From positions 2,400,001-2,464,000 of the forward strand of contig OY760142.1 of the NCBI GenBank assembly GCA_963663225.1: DNA of 64,000 nucleotides, in the 5' to 3' direction. A model generated the notes under the pieces. It made no database searches and was not told the origin of the DNA. It worked only from the letters and a program-made list of their open reading frames with translations. This stretch comes from Nitrospirota bacterium (GTDB lineage Bacteria > Nitrospirota > UBA9217). Shown piece after piece: positions 1 through 9,850 of this stretch. A program made the position numbers and the translations under genes. Within the stretch, counting starts at the first letter, position 1. Every line of letters starts with the position of its first letter.

Positions 1-1694
1 GCAGCAAGGCTCGGTGTGTAGCCGATGAACCAGGCATCACGATAATCGTTTGTTGTTCCGGTTTTTCCTGCGGCAGGTGTGCCGAGTTCGCGGGCCTGCC
101 ATCCGGTTCCCCGGGTGATGACGCCCTTAAGCAGGCTTGTCATCAGGTACGCTGTTTCCGGACTGATGACCTGTGCGGGCAATGCGTCATTAATGTAAAG
201 TACTCTGCCGGTGTTATCGCTGATGGTAAGGATGGAAACCGGGCCAATCCTGATTCCGTGGTTGGCAAATACAGTATACGCGGATGTGAGTTCCAGCAGT
301 GTTACGTCCGAGCTTCCGAGCGCCAGGGAAAGGTAGGGGGCCAGTGTGCTCGTAATGCCGATTTTCTGCGCATATTGAATGGTTTCATCAACGCCGATTT
401 TTTCAAGCAGCCTGACTGTGGGGATATTCAAAGACTGGCTGATCGCCCTGCTCAAAGTAACCGGTCCCTGGTACGTCCGGGTGAAATTTTCCGGCGTCCA
501 GCTTTTTTTCCGGTCTATTTTAATGGTAAGTGGAGCGTCATCAAGAATATCGGAAGCGCCAAACCCCCGGTTCACGGCGGCTGCAAAAATTACCGGTTTA
601 AATGCTGAGCCGGGCTGACGAAGGGCCTGTACTGAACGGTTAAACTGGCTCTGCGCATAATCGCGGCCGCCTACCATGGCCCGGATGCGGCCAGTCAACG
701 GCTCGATGGCTATTAGTGCCGCCTGCAGGGGCGCTTTCGACGGTTTTCTGAGACGGCTTTCGATTTTCCGGAGACCGCTTGCCACGGCATCTTCGGCATA
801 TTTCTGCAGCTCATCATTTATGGTTGTGTAGATATTAAGGCCGCCGGTATACAGAATGCTTGATCCGAATCGTTCTTCGACCCGTTGTCTGATGTATTCC
901 ACAAAATAAGGTGCGGGACCTCCGGATTTGACCGGTGTCTGTATCGGGGTCGGAGTTCTCTTTGCTTCTTCCGCTTCCATTTTGGTAATAGCCCCGGTTG
1001 CAACCATGCGGTTCAGGACATAGGTGCGCCGGCTCAGTGCACTTGCCGGTGATTTGAATGGAGAATAGTGCTTCGGTGAACGGGGCAGACCGGCAAGAAG
1101 CGCGCATTCTTCGAGGGTGAGTTCTCTGGCTGATTTTCCGAAATAGACCTGGGCTGCGGCCTCAATACCATAGGCTCCGCTGCCGAAGTATATCTGATTC
1201 AGATATAATGAAAGAATTTCGCGCTTGGTGTATCGCTGCTCGATTCTGAGCGCGAGGGCCATTTCTTTCAGCTTTCGCGTATAACTTCGTTCGGGAGTGA
1301 GAAAAAGGACTTTTGCAAGTTGCTGGGTGAGGGTGCTTCCTCCTTCCAGCACTTTTCCTGCGCGAATATTTCTGAACATGGCTCGTGTCATGCCCCGAAA
1401 ATCCAGCCCATGATGGCTGTAAAACCGTGCATCTTCCGTCGCGATGAGTGCTTTTATCAGCATATCAGGCACGTTTTCCAGCAAGACAGGTGTCCGGTTT
1501 TCGAGAAAAAATTCCGCCAGCAGTTTATTGTTATCAGAGTAGACCCGCGAGGTGATGCTCGGTTTATATTCTTCAAGCGCCTGTACTTCAGGAAGGTCCC
1601 ACACAGAGAAGATCGCGAAGCCGGTTGCCCCACCGATAAGGATCGCCGTGAGTGCCAGAACGAGGTACAGGAGCAGGGATTTTCTTGTTCTCAT
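1..1694 (-). CDS. mrcA: Penicillin-binding protein 1A (transglycosylase/transpeptidase), 3'-truncated by window edge
   Basis: Not in ORF track; manual translation gives N-terminal TM segment, EDARF and STLTQQLAK transglycosylase motifs, RQPGSAFKP and AAGKTGTTNDYRDAWFIG transpeptidase motifs. Start 1694 chosen because the ATG at 1703 overlaps the -10 box. Confidence 0.92.
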   Translation of the reverse strand, partial: MRTRKSLLLYLVLALTAILIGGATGFAIFSVWDLPEVQALEEYKPSITSRVYSDNNKLLAEFFLENRTPVLLENVPDMLIKALIATEDARFYSHHGLDFRGMTRAMFRNIRAGKVLEGGSTLTQQLAKVLFLTPERSYTRKLKEMALALRIEQRYTKREILSLYLNQIYFGSGAYGIEAAAQVYFGKSARELTLEECALLAGLPRSPKHYSPFKSPASALSRRTYVLNRMVATGAITKMEAEEAKRTPTPIQTPVKSGGPAPYFVEYIRQRVEERFGSSILYTGGLNIYTTINDELQKYAEDAVASGLRKIESRLRKPSKAPLQAALIAIEPLTGRIRAMVGGRDYAQSQFNRSVQALRQPGSAFKPVIFAAAVNRGFGASDILDDAPLTIKIDRKKSWTPENFTRTYQGPVTLSRAISQSLNIPTVRLLEKIGVDETIQYAQKIGITSTLAPYLSLALGSSDVTLLELTSAYTVFANHGIRIGPVSILTISDNTGRVLYINDALPAQVISPETAYLMTSLLKGVITRGTGWQARELGTPAAGKTGTTNDYRDAWFIGYTPSLA

Positions 1695-1701
1695 ACTACG
1701 C

Positions 1702-1730
1702 ATTATACATTCCGAAATTAGAAAAAGCAA
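1702..1730 (-). promoter_or_regulatory. Sigma70 promoter of PBP1A gene (probably leaderless mRNA)
   Basis: TTGCTT-N17-TATAAT, 7 nt before ATG 1694, no SD. Confidence 0.7.
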
Positions 1731-1881
1731 AGCAAGAGAAAATCATCTGACGGTTTTTGACGAAATGTATTTGCGTACTGCGCGGTTTTTGCGCCTGTAA
1801 TGGTCGTTCTTGTATTGAGTTTTTATCCTCATGATGATATTATTTATGCATTGCTTTCAATTAACCGGCAAGGAGTTAGGC

Positions 1882-2412
1882 GTGCGCAAAGGGCTCATAA
1901 TTGTTTTTACAGGTGACGGCAAGGGAAAAACAAGTGCGGCTCTCGGCATTGCGCTTCGTGCTTTTGGCCATCATATGTCTGTATCCATAATTCAGTTTAT
2001 TAAAGAGTCAGCTGCGACGGGTGAGGGATTGGCGGCGGAACGACTCGGACCGGAGCTGGAATTTCGTTCGCAAGGACGGGGATTTGTGATCGGGACCGAT
2101 AATGACCACCTGCTGTCCCAACACCGCACGGCAGCGGAACAGGCACTTGAACTTGCACGCCAACGGATGCTTTCCGGTTCGTGCGATGTCCTTATTCTGG
2201 ATGAAATCAATAATGCCGTACACCTTGGTTTGATCGACATTAAAGCTCTGCTCGATTTCATCGAAAACAAACCTCCGAGACTCCATCTGGTTTTGACCGG
2301 TCGCGATGCCCATCCTGACCTCATCTCGGCAGCGGACATGGTGACGGAAATGCGGTCAGTTAAACACCCCTTTCATTCAGGAATACCGGCTCAAAAAGGA
2401 ATAGACTATTAA
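1882..2412 (+). CDS. cobO: Cob(I)yrinic acid a,c-diamide adenosyltransferase
   Basis: TGDGKGKTSAA P-loop, ILDEI, LTGR, KHPF..G..A.KGIDY; GTG 1882 follows AGGAG. Confidence 0.93.
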   Translation: MRKGLIIVFTGDGKGKTSAALGIALRAFGHHMSVSIIQFIKESAATGEGLAAERLGPELEFRSQGRGFVIGTDNDHLLSQHRTAAEQALELARQRMLSGSCDVLILDEINNAVHLGLIDIKALLDFIENKPPRLHLVLTGRDAHPDLISAADMVTEMRSVKHPFHSGIPAQKGIDY

Positions 2413-2420
2413 AAGTCAAA

Positions 2421-2449
2421 TTGACTTTGATTTTTCTAAGTGCTACTAT
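2421..2449 (+). promoter_or_regulatory. Sigma70 promoter of phoH operon
   Basis: TTGACT-N17-TACTAT with extended -10 TG; palindrome AAAGTCAA-A-TTGACTTT overlaps the -35. Confidence 0.7.
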
Positions 2450-2456
2450 TTTCTTA

Positions 2457-3422
2457 ATGAAGACGAATGTGGCAACGGTAACCATCGAAAATGAGCATCA
2501 TCTCCCGGTTCTGTACGGCGATATGGACGCCAATCTCAGGCTGATAGAGAACTCCTTTGGAGTGGTCCTGAATGCCAGAGGGAACAGGATTCAGATTGAA
2601 GGGGAAGAAAAGGTTGTTGAAAAAGTAGAACATCTTATCAGACAACTTGCAGACCTGTTGACGCAGGGCGTTATCACCCAGAAAGACGATGTGAACACCG
2701 CGATCCTCGCTTTTTCCAATCAATCATCCGCAGGTTTAAAAGAACTTTTTCAAAAAACAATACCGGTATCGGGCAGAAAACGGCCGGTTGTCCCTAAAAA
2801 CGAGGCCCAGCGCAAATACGTTGAAGCAATCAGGCAGCATGACATTGTTTTCGGCATAGGGCCGGCCGGAACGGGCAAAACCTATCTTGCCATGGCTACC
2901 GCAGTTTCCGCGTTGCTCCGGCGCGAGGTAAGCAGGATTATTTTGGTGCGTCCCGCCGTAGAAGCAGGCGAGAAACTCGGTTTTCTTCCCGGTGATCTCT
3001 ATGAAAAGGTCAATCCGTATTTGCGGCCGCTTTATGACGCGCTTTATGACATGATTGAGACGGAGAAAGCCAATAAGCTCATAGAGCGCGGCGACATAGA
3101 AATAGCTCCACTCGCGTTTATGCGCGGCCGCACCTTGAATGATTCTTTTATTATTCTGGATGAAGCGCAGAATACCACATCCGAGCAGATGAAAATGTTT
3201 CTCACCCGGCTCGGGTTCAACTCAAAAACAGTGGTGACCGGAGATATTACTCAAATTGACCTCCCGGCCGGCAGAAGCTCCGGACTTATCGAAGTCCAGG
3301 GAATCCTTGAAGGAATCAGCGGTATACGTTTTGTCTATTTTACCAACAGGGATGTCGTACGCCATAAACTGGTTCAACAGATTATCAAAGCGTACGAGCA
3401 ATATGAGGCAGTAGATGAATAG
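2457..3422 (+). CDS. phoH: PhoH-family ATPase
   Basis: GPAGTGKT, RPAVEAGEKLGFLPG, MRGRT, DEAQN, GDITQIDLP. Confidence 0.95.
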   Translation: MKTNVATVTIENEHHLPVLYGDMDANLRLIENSFGVVLNARGNRIQIEGEEKVVEKVEHLIRQLADLLTQGVITQKDDVNTAILAFSNQSSAGLKELFQKTIPVSGRKRPVVPKNEAQRKYVEAIRQHDIVFGIGPAGTGKTYLAMATAVSALLRREVSRIILVRPAVEAGEKLGFLPGDLYEKVNPYLRPLYDALYDMIETEKANKLIERGDIEIAPLAFMRGRTLNDSFIILDEAQNTTSEQMKMFLTRLGFNSKTVVTGDITQIDLPAGRSSGLIEVQGILEGISGIRFVYFTNRDVVRHKLVQQIIKAYEQYEAVDE

Positions 3423-5202
3423 CAAAGATAAAACCCAGGTGAAGCTTTTGCCAAAGACGAAATCCCAGGAACAGGAGAAGGAAGAGTCTCCGGCATTGCC
3501 GCCGCGAAAAGTTTACAATATAGGCATCGGCCTCGTGACAGCGTTGCTGCTGGCGTTTGCCTTGCTGCCCAGAACGCCTCATCTGGAAAAAGGAGAAGTG
3601 GCGACCCGGGACATTACGGCGCCCTATACGCTGTACGTGGAGTTTCTGAGCCAGGATCAGACTCCGGTTTCCTTCAAAGTAAATAAAGGGGACCTCATTG
3701 TTGAATCCGGCCACCGGGTATCGGAACGGTCGGCACGGATTCTTGAGGAAATAGCACGCCGGGAGGGAATCGGCAATAGGCTTCATGCCTATGCAGGTCT
3801 TGTTGCGCTGATCCTTATTCTTTTTTATCTCTTCTACCGCGATATCAAGCGATATCGCGCCGCTCTCATTTCAGATGCAAGAAAAATGGCCCTGATAGCC
3901 TTTCTGCTGATCTTTACGCTCATCATGACACAGGCGTTCAGGTTTGTTTTTTCACTTCTAGCCGACAAACTCCAATTGGACATTACGACAATCGGTTTTG
4001 CACTGCCGGTCGCTGCGGGAGCAATGCTGACCAGCCTGCTGCTGGACTTTCACCTTGCCCTGGCTTTTTCCTTCGTGGTCAGCATCCTGCTCGGCATTGC
4101 GTTCCAGGGAGAGCCGTTTATCGGAATCTATTGCTTTCTCGGAAGCATTATAGCAGCACTCAAAGTAATCCGATGCAAGCGAAGAACGGCCTTGCTGAAG
4201 GCGGGAGCTTTTACGGCATTGGTCAATATTCTGGTTATTGTTTGCATTGACATCTACCACGGCGTTCTGATGACGCGTGGTGTCGACGACCTGATTGCGG
4301 GATTTCTCGGCGCTGTTATGGTGACGATGATCGTCTCAGTCACTTTGCCGTTTTTTGAGTCGGCGTTCGATATAGCAACCGATATCAAGCTGCTTGAACT
4401 TATGGATCCCAACCAGCCGCTGTTGAAGGAATTGGTTTTCAAAAGTCCGGGCACGTATCATCACAGTATTCTTATCGGAAATCTGGCTGAGTCGGCTGCT
4501 GAAGCGATTGGCGAAAATCCCATCCTCGCCCGTGTCGGCGCCTACTACCACGATATCGGGAAAATCCCCAAATCTGAATATTTTATCGAAAACCAACGCC
4601 CGGCAGAAAATAAACACGATAAACTAATGCCTTCCATGAGCAGTCTGATTATTGCTTCCCATGTCAAGGAGGGTGTGGAGCTTGCCCGCGCCCATCGTTT
4701 GCCATCATCGATCGTCGACATCATCCAGCAGCACCATGGTACGTCGTTGATTACCTATTTTTACCAGAAGGCAAAAGAGCTCCAGCCGTATGCTCTTATC
4801 TCCGAGGAAGAATACCGGTATCACGGACCGCGGCCCCGGACAAAGGTGGCGGCCATTGTGATGCTTTCAGACGCAGTGGAAGCAGCATCAAGAACCCTTG
4901 AAGAGCCGACGCCACAACGCATCCAGACGCTTACCAACAGCATTATCACCAGAATTTTCCTCGATGATCAGCTGAGTATGTGCGATCTTACCTTGAAAGA
5001 CCTCCGGGAAATATCCAAGAGCTTCAATTTTGTTCTCACTGGCATTTACCACCACCGTATTGATTATCCAGGCGTGGATTTTTTTGGAGAAAAAAAGCAA
5101 AGTGAACATCCTGATAAAAAGCAACCTGAAGAAAGAAAGCCCGCCAACAACAAGAATAAAGAAACAATTCAGGAGCCTGCTGCGGAACATAGGCCTGCCT
5201 GA
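3415..5202 (+). CDS. pgpH: 7TM-HD (HDIG) phosphohydrolase, PgpH-like c-di-AMP phosphodiesterase
   Basis: Multiple TM helices, PGTYHHS, YYHDIGK, YFIENQ, QHHGT; phoH-pgpH-ybeY-dgkA synteny. Confidence 0.85.
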   Translation: MNSKDKTQVKLLPKTKSQEQEKEESPALPPRKVYNIGIGLVTALLLAFALLPRTPHLEKGEVATRDITAPYTLYVEFLSQDQTPVSFKVNKGDLIVESGHRVSERSARILEEIARREGIGNRLHAYAGLVALILILFYLFYRDIKRYRAALISDARKMALIAFLLIFTLIMTQAFRFVFSLLADKLQLDITTIGFALPVAAGAMLTSLLLDFHLALAFSFVVSILLGIAFQGEPFIGIYCFLGSIIAALKVIRCKRRTALLKAGAFTALVNILVIVCIDIYHGVLMTRGVDDLIAGFLGAVMVTMIVSVTLPFFESAFDIATDIKLLELMDPNQPLLKELVFKSPGTYHHSILIGNLAESAAEAIGENPILARVGAYYHDIGKIPKSEYFIENQRPAENKHDKLMPSMSSLIIASHVKEGVELARAHRLPSSIVDIIQQHHGTSLITYFYQKAKELQPYALISEEEYRYHGPRPRTKVAAIVMLSDAVEAASRTLEEPTPQRIQTLTNSIITRIFLDDQLSMCDLTLKDLREISKSFNFVLTGIYHHRIDYPGVDFFGEKKQSEHPDKKQPEERKPANNKNKETIQEPAAEHRPA

Positions 5203-5536
5203 TGCGGAACTGAGCATCCTGTTTGTCGGCGACAGGGCCATGCGGACGCTGAACCGGCGTTATCGTGCCAAGGACAAAACCACGGATGTCCTCTCCTTTT
5301 CTTTCAAGGAAGGGAAGTTCAATACGATCCGGACGGAAATGCTCGGAGATATTGTGATTTCCGTGCCCGCTGCCCGCCGGCAGGCAAAGGCTTTCGGACA
5401 GAGGGTCAGCGTGGAAATTCAGCGTTTGCTGGTGCACGGTCTGGTTCATCTCCTCGGCTATGACCATGAGCGCAGTGCACGGGAAGCCCGGCGCATGGAG
5501 CGGATGGAACAGCTGCTTCTGAAAAAACTCATATGA
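5102..5536 (+). CDS. ybeY: rRNA maturation endoribonuclease YbeY
   Basis: LNRRYR.KDK.TDVLSF, LGDIVIS, HGLVHLLGYDH; probable GTG start overlaps pgpH by ~100 nt. Confidence 0.93.
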   Translation: MNILIKSNLKKESPPTTRIKKQFRSLLRNIGLPDAELSILFVGDRAMRTLNRRYRAKDKTTDVLSFSFKEGKFNTIRTEMLGDIVISVPAARRQAKAFGQRVSVEIQRLLVHGLVHLLGYDHERSAREARRMERMEQLLLKKLI

Positions 5537-6234
5537 AACCAAAAACCTGGTTCCAGAGCGTCAATCTCGCGATTGAGGGAATCATCTATGCCGTCAGGAC
5601 CCAGCGGCATATGCGCTATCATTTTTATGCCGCCTTGGCGACCCTGGTGCTCAGCTTGTTGCTGAGCATATCCCGGATTGAATTTATCCTGCTCTGCACG
5701 GCTATTGTGCTGGTGCTGGTGGCTGAAATGCTGAATACTGCCATTGAAGTCACCGTTGATATGATTTCGGAAGAATTCCATCCCATGGCCAAGATTGCCA
5801 AGGATATTGCCGCCGGCGTTGTCCTTATTGCATCGGTTGGCGCTCTGACACTCGCGTATCTTATTCTGTATCCGGCGCTTACAGCTGCCTTCGCGGGCGG
5901 CAACTGGCATGTGCGCAAAGTATCGAACGACCTGATTGCATTTTCCGCACTTTCCGTTGTTATTATTTTGGTTATTATCATCAAGGCCTTTTTGGGAAAA
6001 GGAGAACCGCTCAGAGGGGGAATGCCGAGCGGACACGCCGCCGTATCGTTTTCCATCTGGGTGGCTGCGTGCTATCTTACGCGCAGCATTCCCATTATTG
6101 TTCTTACGTGTCTGCTTGCCGTCATGGTAAGCTGGAGCAGATGGTCATCAGGCATCCACAAGCCGATTGAGGTAATTTTAGGCGCCCTGCTTGGTTCTGG
6201 GATAACCCTGCTCTTTTTTTGGTTGTTTGGCTGA
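5533..6234 (+). CDS. dgkA: Diacylglycerol/undecaprenol kinase fused to PAP2 phosphatase domain
   Basis: EMLNTAIE..VD, AKIAKDIAAG (DgkA); MPSGHA and SR....IH...E (PAP2). Confidence 0.85.
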   Translation: MKPKTWFQSVNLAIEGIIYAVRTQRHMRYHFYAALATLVLSLLLSISRIEFILLCTAIVLVLVAEMLNTAIEVTVDMISEEFHPMAKIAKDIAAGVVLIASVGALTLAYLILYPALTAAFAGGNWHVRKVSNDLIAFSALSVVIILVIIIKAFLGKGEPLRGGMPSGHAAVSFSIWVAACYLTRSIPIIVLTCLLAVMVSWSRWSSGIHKPIEVILGALLGSGITLLFFWLFG

Positions 6235-6275
6235 TATAACCGGCAGATTCTGAAACGTTATTTGTGGAGGTGTGT

Positions 6276-6629
6276 TTGATTAACCGTATTCTAGAGGATC
6301 TTCTTGCATCAGTAAACGGTGCCCAGGCCGTGATCTTTCTGGACGGCGATGGTGAAGCCATTGCCCAGGTTGGGGAGGCGGCCAGAGATATCAAACTGGC
6401 CGGTGCCTGGAAGGAAATACAGCTTGATCATATTAAGGAAATCGCAGAGCGCCTTAAACTCGGCAATGTGCAGGCAGTGCTGTTTTCGCTCGAAGAGGGG
6501 AATGAACTGATCGCCCCGATGTCAGGAGAGTACTGCCTCCTTCTTTTTTTGTCAGCATATGCAAACATTCAGTCCGCAATGGAAGAGCTCAAAAACGCAA
6601 TTGAACTTCTCAAGAAGGACATTGAATAA
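6276..6629 (+). CDS. Roadblock/LC7 (MglB-like) domain protein
   Basis: V.GA.AVIFLDGDGE motif, ~118 aa; TTG after GGAGG. Confidence 0.7.
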   Translation: MINRILEDLLASVNGAQAVIFLDGDGEAIAQVGEAARDIKLAGAWKEIQLDHIKEIAERLKLGNVQAVLFSLEEGNELIAPMSGEYCLLLFLSAYANIQSAMEELKNAIELLKKDIE

Positions 6630-6640
6630 CAATGGCGGTT

Positions 6641-7600
6641 CTAGAGCTGATCAAACAGCCCTAATTTTCTGTATTTCTCGTATCGGAGTCGTACGAGCTC
6701 CTGAGCCGGAATATTTTTTATATCCATCAGGTTTCTGATGATGGCATCTTTCAGCAACTCTGCAGCTCTGCGCGGATCGCGGTGAGCGCCGCCAATGGGC
6801 TCCTCCACGACTTCGTCGATCACCTTCATTTGGAAAAGGTCCGGGGCGGTAATTTTCAGAAGTTCCGCCGCCTCACTGGCCTTGGAGCTGTTGTCCCACA
6901 GAATGGCTGCGCACCCCTCCGGTGATATGACGGAATAGGTGGCATGCTCCAGCATGAGCACGCGGTCAGCAACGCCCAGAGCAAGCGCGCCGCCGCTTCC
7001 CCCTTCACCAATCACCGCGGAGATAATAGGCACGGCAAGCGTCGACATCACTGCAAGATTTCGAGCAATGGATTCGCCCTGTCCCCGCTCTTCAGCACCG
7101 ATTCCCGGGGCAGCTCCCTGGGTATCGATGAAGGTTATGATCGGCCGGTTGAATCTTTCGGCAAACCGCATCAACCGCAGCGCCTTTCGGTAACCTTCAG
7201 GGTTTGCCTGGCCGAAATTGCGCATCACCCGTTCCTTGATCGTTCTGCCTTTCTGGTGGCCGATTATGACGACCGGCATGCCGTCCAGCTTCGCGATGCC
7301 GCAAACGATGGCAGGATCGTCCGCGAAGCCGCGGTCGCCGTGTATTTCTATAAAATCGGTAAGCATGGCCTCGATATAGTCAAGGGTATAGGGGCGGTTG
7401 GCGTGCCGTGAAATCTGCACTTTCTGCCAGGGAGTGAGGCGCGAATAGATTTCAGTCAGCAGCTGGTCGGATTTTTTCTGAAGCTTGAGAATTTCTTCTT
7501 CGAGGTCAATGCCGCCATTGGAGGTGAAAAGGGTCAGCTCTTCGATTTTTTTCTCCAATTCAGCAATCGGTTTTTCAAAATCCAGATATTCCTGCGGCAA
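6641..7600 (-). CDS. accA: Acetyl-CoA carboxylase carboxyltransferase alpha subunit
   Basis: [36 protein letters not shown]; TTG start after GAGGAG. Confidence 0.97.
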   Translation of the reverse strand: MPQEYLDFEKPIAELEKKIEELTLFTSNGGIDLEEEILKLQKKSDQLLTEIYSRLTPWQKVQISRHANRPYTLDYIEAMLTDFIEIHGDRGFADDPAIVCGIAKLDGMPVVIIGHQKGRTIKERVMRNFGQANPEGYRKALRLMRFAERFNRPIITFIDTQGAAPGIGAEERGQGESIARNLAVMSTLAVPIISAVIGEGGSGGALALGVADRVLMLEHATYSVISPEGCAAILWDNSSKASEAAELLKITAPDLFQMKVIDEVVEEPIGGAHRDPRRAAELLKDAIIRNLMDIKNIPAQELVRLRYEKYRKLGLFDQL

Positions 7601-7689
7601 AACAAGCTCCTCGCAACGTCAGAATTCTAAAACAGTGATGCCGCTCATAATGACGCGGCAGGGGACAAAAACAATTCAATTGTTTGTCT

Positions 7690-7769
7690 ATTATCGGATA
7701 TTAAACTATTCTTGTCAAGAATTAGTAGAAAAATTCGTTGTTGACAGGTAGCCTCGGTTTTGGTAGTAT
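7690..7769. promoter_or_regulatory. Back-to-back sigma70 promoters for accA (-) and rplI (+)
   Basis: Minus: TTGACA(7718-7713)-N17-GATAAT; plus: TTGACA(7741)-N17-TAGTAT. Confidence 0.7.
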
Positions 7770-7808
7770 CGTCCATTCATACGCCGTTCGAAAGGAGCAG
7801 TCCCAGCA

Positions 7809-8255
7809 ATGCAGGTGATATTACGCGAAGATATTGAAAAATTAGGCAAGATCGGCGACCTCGTGAAGGTTGCAGATGGTTATGCCAGGAATTATCTGGT
7901 CCCGAAGAAAAAAGCAATTGAGGCGACACCGAAGAACCTGAATGCCATGAATCATGCAAAAAAGATGGTGTCGGACCGCATCCGCAAAATCAAAAAAGAA
8001 GCGACTGCTGAGGCGGATAAGATGAAGGGCCTCTCCGTCACCATTCGCGCCAAAGCGGGAGAAGAGGGAAAACTGTTTGGTTCCGTCACGTCCATGGATA
8101 TTGCAGAGGCCATGAAAGTACAGGGTATTGCCGTCGATAAACGGAAAGTTGTGCTCGATGAACCGATTAAACGGCTCGGCGATTTTACGGTGTCCATTAA
8201 ACTGCATACCGACATTACGGCAGACGTTAAAGTCTCGGTTATCGCAGAGGAGTAG
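7809..8255 (+). CDS. rplI: 50S ribosomal protein L9
   Basis: MQVIL, V.DGYARNYL.P, KLFGSVT. Confidence 0.97.
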   Translation: MQVILREDIEKLGKIGDLVKVADGYARNYLVPKKKAIEATPKNLNAMNHAKKMVSDRIRKIKKEATAEADKMKGLSVTIRAKAGEEGKLFGSVTSMDIAEAMKVQGIAVDKRKVVLDEPIKRLGDFTVSIKLHTDITADVKVSVIAEE

Positions 8256-8312
8256 AGCCCGGCCCGCTTCTCAGATGATATTTCGTTTCCTTCAGAAAAC
8301 AACAACCCTATC

Positions 8313-8348
8313 AGGCTGGTGCGTGCACCAGCCTTAGTTTTTTATTTC
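8313..8348 (+). terminator. Intrinsic terminator between rplI and dnaB
   Basis: AGGCTGGTG-CGTG-CACCAGCCT followed by T-rich tail. Confidence 0.6.
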
Positions 8349-8372
8349 TCTGGTAAAAGTCCGAGGTTGCCC

Positions 8373-9761
8373 ATGTCTGTGCAAACCGAAGTTCCCCTTC
8401 AAAAACTTCCTCCTCAAAACCTCGAAGCTGAGCAAATGGTCCTCGGAGCGATTCTCATAGAAAATGACTCCATGAACAAGGTTATCGATCTCATTGAGCC
8501 CGATGACTTCTATAAAGACGCGCACCGGCGGATTTTCAGGACCATGATCGACATGTTTGAGTCCGGAGAGGCCATCGATCTGATAACGCTGACAGACGCG
8601 CTTCGCGGAAAAGTCGGGCTTGAAACAATAGGCGGAGCGTCCTATCTTGCCTATCTGGTAAGCGTGGTGCCGACGGCTGCAAATATCAAAAACCATGCCC
8701 GGATTGTGCGTGAAAAGGCCGTTCTAAGAAAACTGATCCACACCGCAACGGATATTATAACCCAAAGCTACGATGATTCGCGGACGATCGTTAACATCGA
8801 TGAACTTCTCGACCGTGCGGAAAAATCGATTTTTGAAATTGCACAGAAGAAAATTCGCGAATCTTTTGTTTCGATGAAAAACATCGTGGGGCACAGTTTT
8901 GCCATTGTTGAAAAACTGTATGAGCGGAAGGAAATGGTCACCGGTCTTCCGACCGGTTTTGTCGACCTCGACGAGCGTACCTCGGGGCTGCATCCCAGCG
9001 ATTTGATTATTGTCGCCGGCAGGCCGTCCATGGGTAAAACGGCGTTTTGTCTGAACATAGCTGCCCATGCGGCTATTGAGAAAGGGAAAAGCGTAGGCAT
9101 ATTCAGTCTCGAAATGGCCAAAGAGCAGCTGGTATTGCGCCTGTTGGGATCCGAGTCGCGGGTGGATGCCCATAAACTGCGGACCGGCCATTTGTCCCAG
9201 CGTGATTGGACCCCCCTGTCCAATGCTGCGGGCAGGCTGGCTGAAGCGCCGATTTTCATCGATGATACGGCCGCGATATCAGTGCTTGAAATGCGCGCGA
9301 AGGCCCGAAGGCTGAAGGCTGACCAGGGGCTGGATCTGATTATCGTTGATTATCTTCAGCTTATGCGCGGCAGAGGGGATGAAGGCAACCGTGAGCAGGA
9401 AATATCAAGCATTTCACGCTCGTTAAAAGCCCTTGCCAAGGAACTGCAGATTCCGGTTATTGCGCTCTCGCAGTTGAACCGTTCAGTGGAAACGCGTCCC
9501 GGCAAGGATAAAAAGCCATTGCTCGCAGACCTGCGCGAGTCCGGAGCCATTGAACAGGATGCGGATGTGATATTATTTATCTATCGGGACGAGGTCTATA
9601 ATAAATGCGAATGCCCGCCGGATGGGGAATGTCTTTGTGGCCAGAGAGGCCGGGCAGAAGTGATCATCGGCAAACAAAGAAATGGTCCCATCGGCAAGGT
9701 AGATTTGACATTTATCAATCGGTTTACACGGTTTGAAAATTCGGAGAAGAGAGAGCTTTAA
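8373..9761 (+). CDS. dnaB: Replicative DNA helicase
   Basis: PPQNLEAEQ, GRPSMGKT, IVDYLQLM, LSQLNR, DLRESGAIEQDAD, KQRNGP. Confidence 0.97.
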   Translation: MSVQTEVPLQKLPPQNLEAEQMVLGAILIENDSMNKVIDLIEPDDFYKDAHRRIFRTMIDMFESGEAIDLITLTDALRGKVGLETIGGASYLAYLVSVVPTAANIKNHARIVREKAVLRKLIHTATDIITQSYDDSRTIVNIDELLDRAEKSIFEIAQKKIRESFVSMKNIVGHSFAIVEKLYERKEMVTGLPTGFVDLDERTSGLHPSDLIIVAGRPSMGKTAFCLNIAAHAAIEKGKSVGIFSLEMAKEQLVLRLLGSESRVDAHKLRTGHLSQRDWTPLSNAAGRLAEAPIFIDDTAAISVLEMRAKARRLKADQGLDLIIVDYLQLMRGRGDEGNREQEISSISRSLKALAKELQIPVIALSQLNRSVETRPGKDKKPLLADLRESGAIEQDADVILFIYRDEVYNKCECPPDGECLCGQRGRAEVIIGKQRNGPIGKVDLTFINRFTRFENSEKREL

Positions 9762-9850
9762 CAGGCGGAAATTTATTTCCCTTGCAGGACGTTAAAAACA
9801 CCGCTGCACTGTTTTATAACCACAGCATATTTTTCTTTTGGGAGGGACCC

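Noticed and set aside
258-1800. Short plus- and minus-strand ORFs in the track
   Set aside because: Shadows of the minus-strand PBP1A gene, which the track missed because it runs off the window.
1704-1881. Cobalamin riboswitch before cobO (or before nikM)
   Set aside because: No GGGAA / GCCACUG / B12-box motifs; the ECF operon has a NikR-type operator instead.
8373-9761. Intein in DnaB
   Set aside because: Normal length; the only notable insertion is a ~10-aa Cys loop without splicing motifs.
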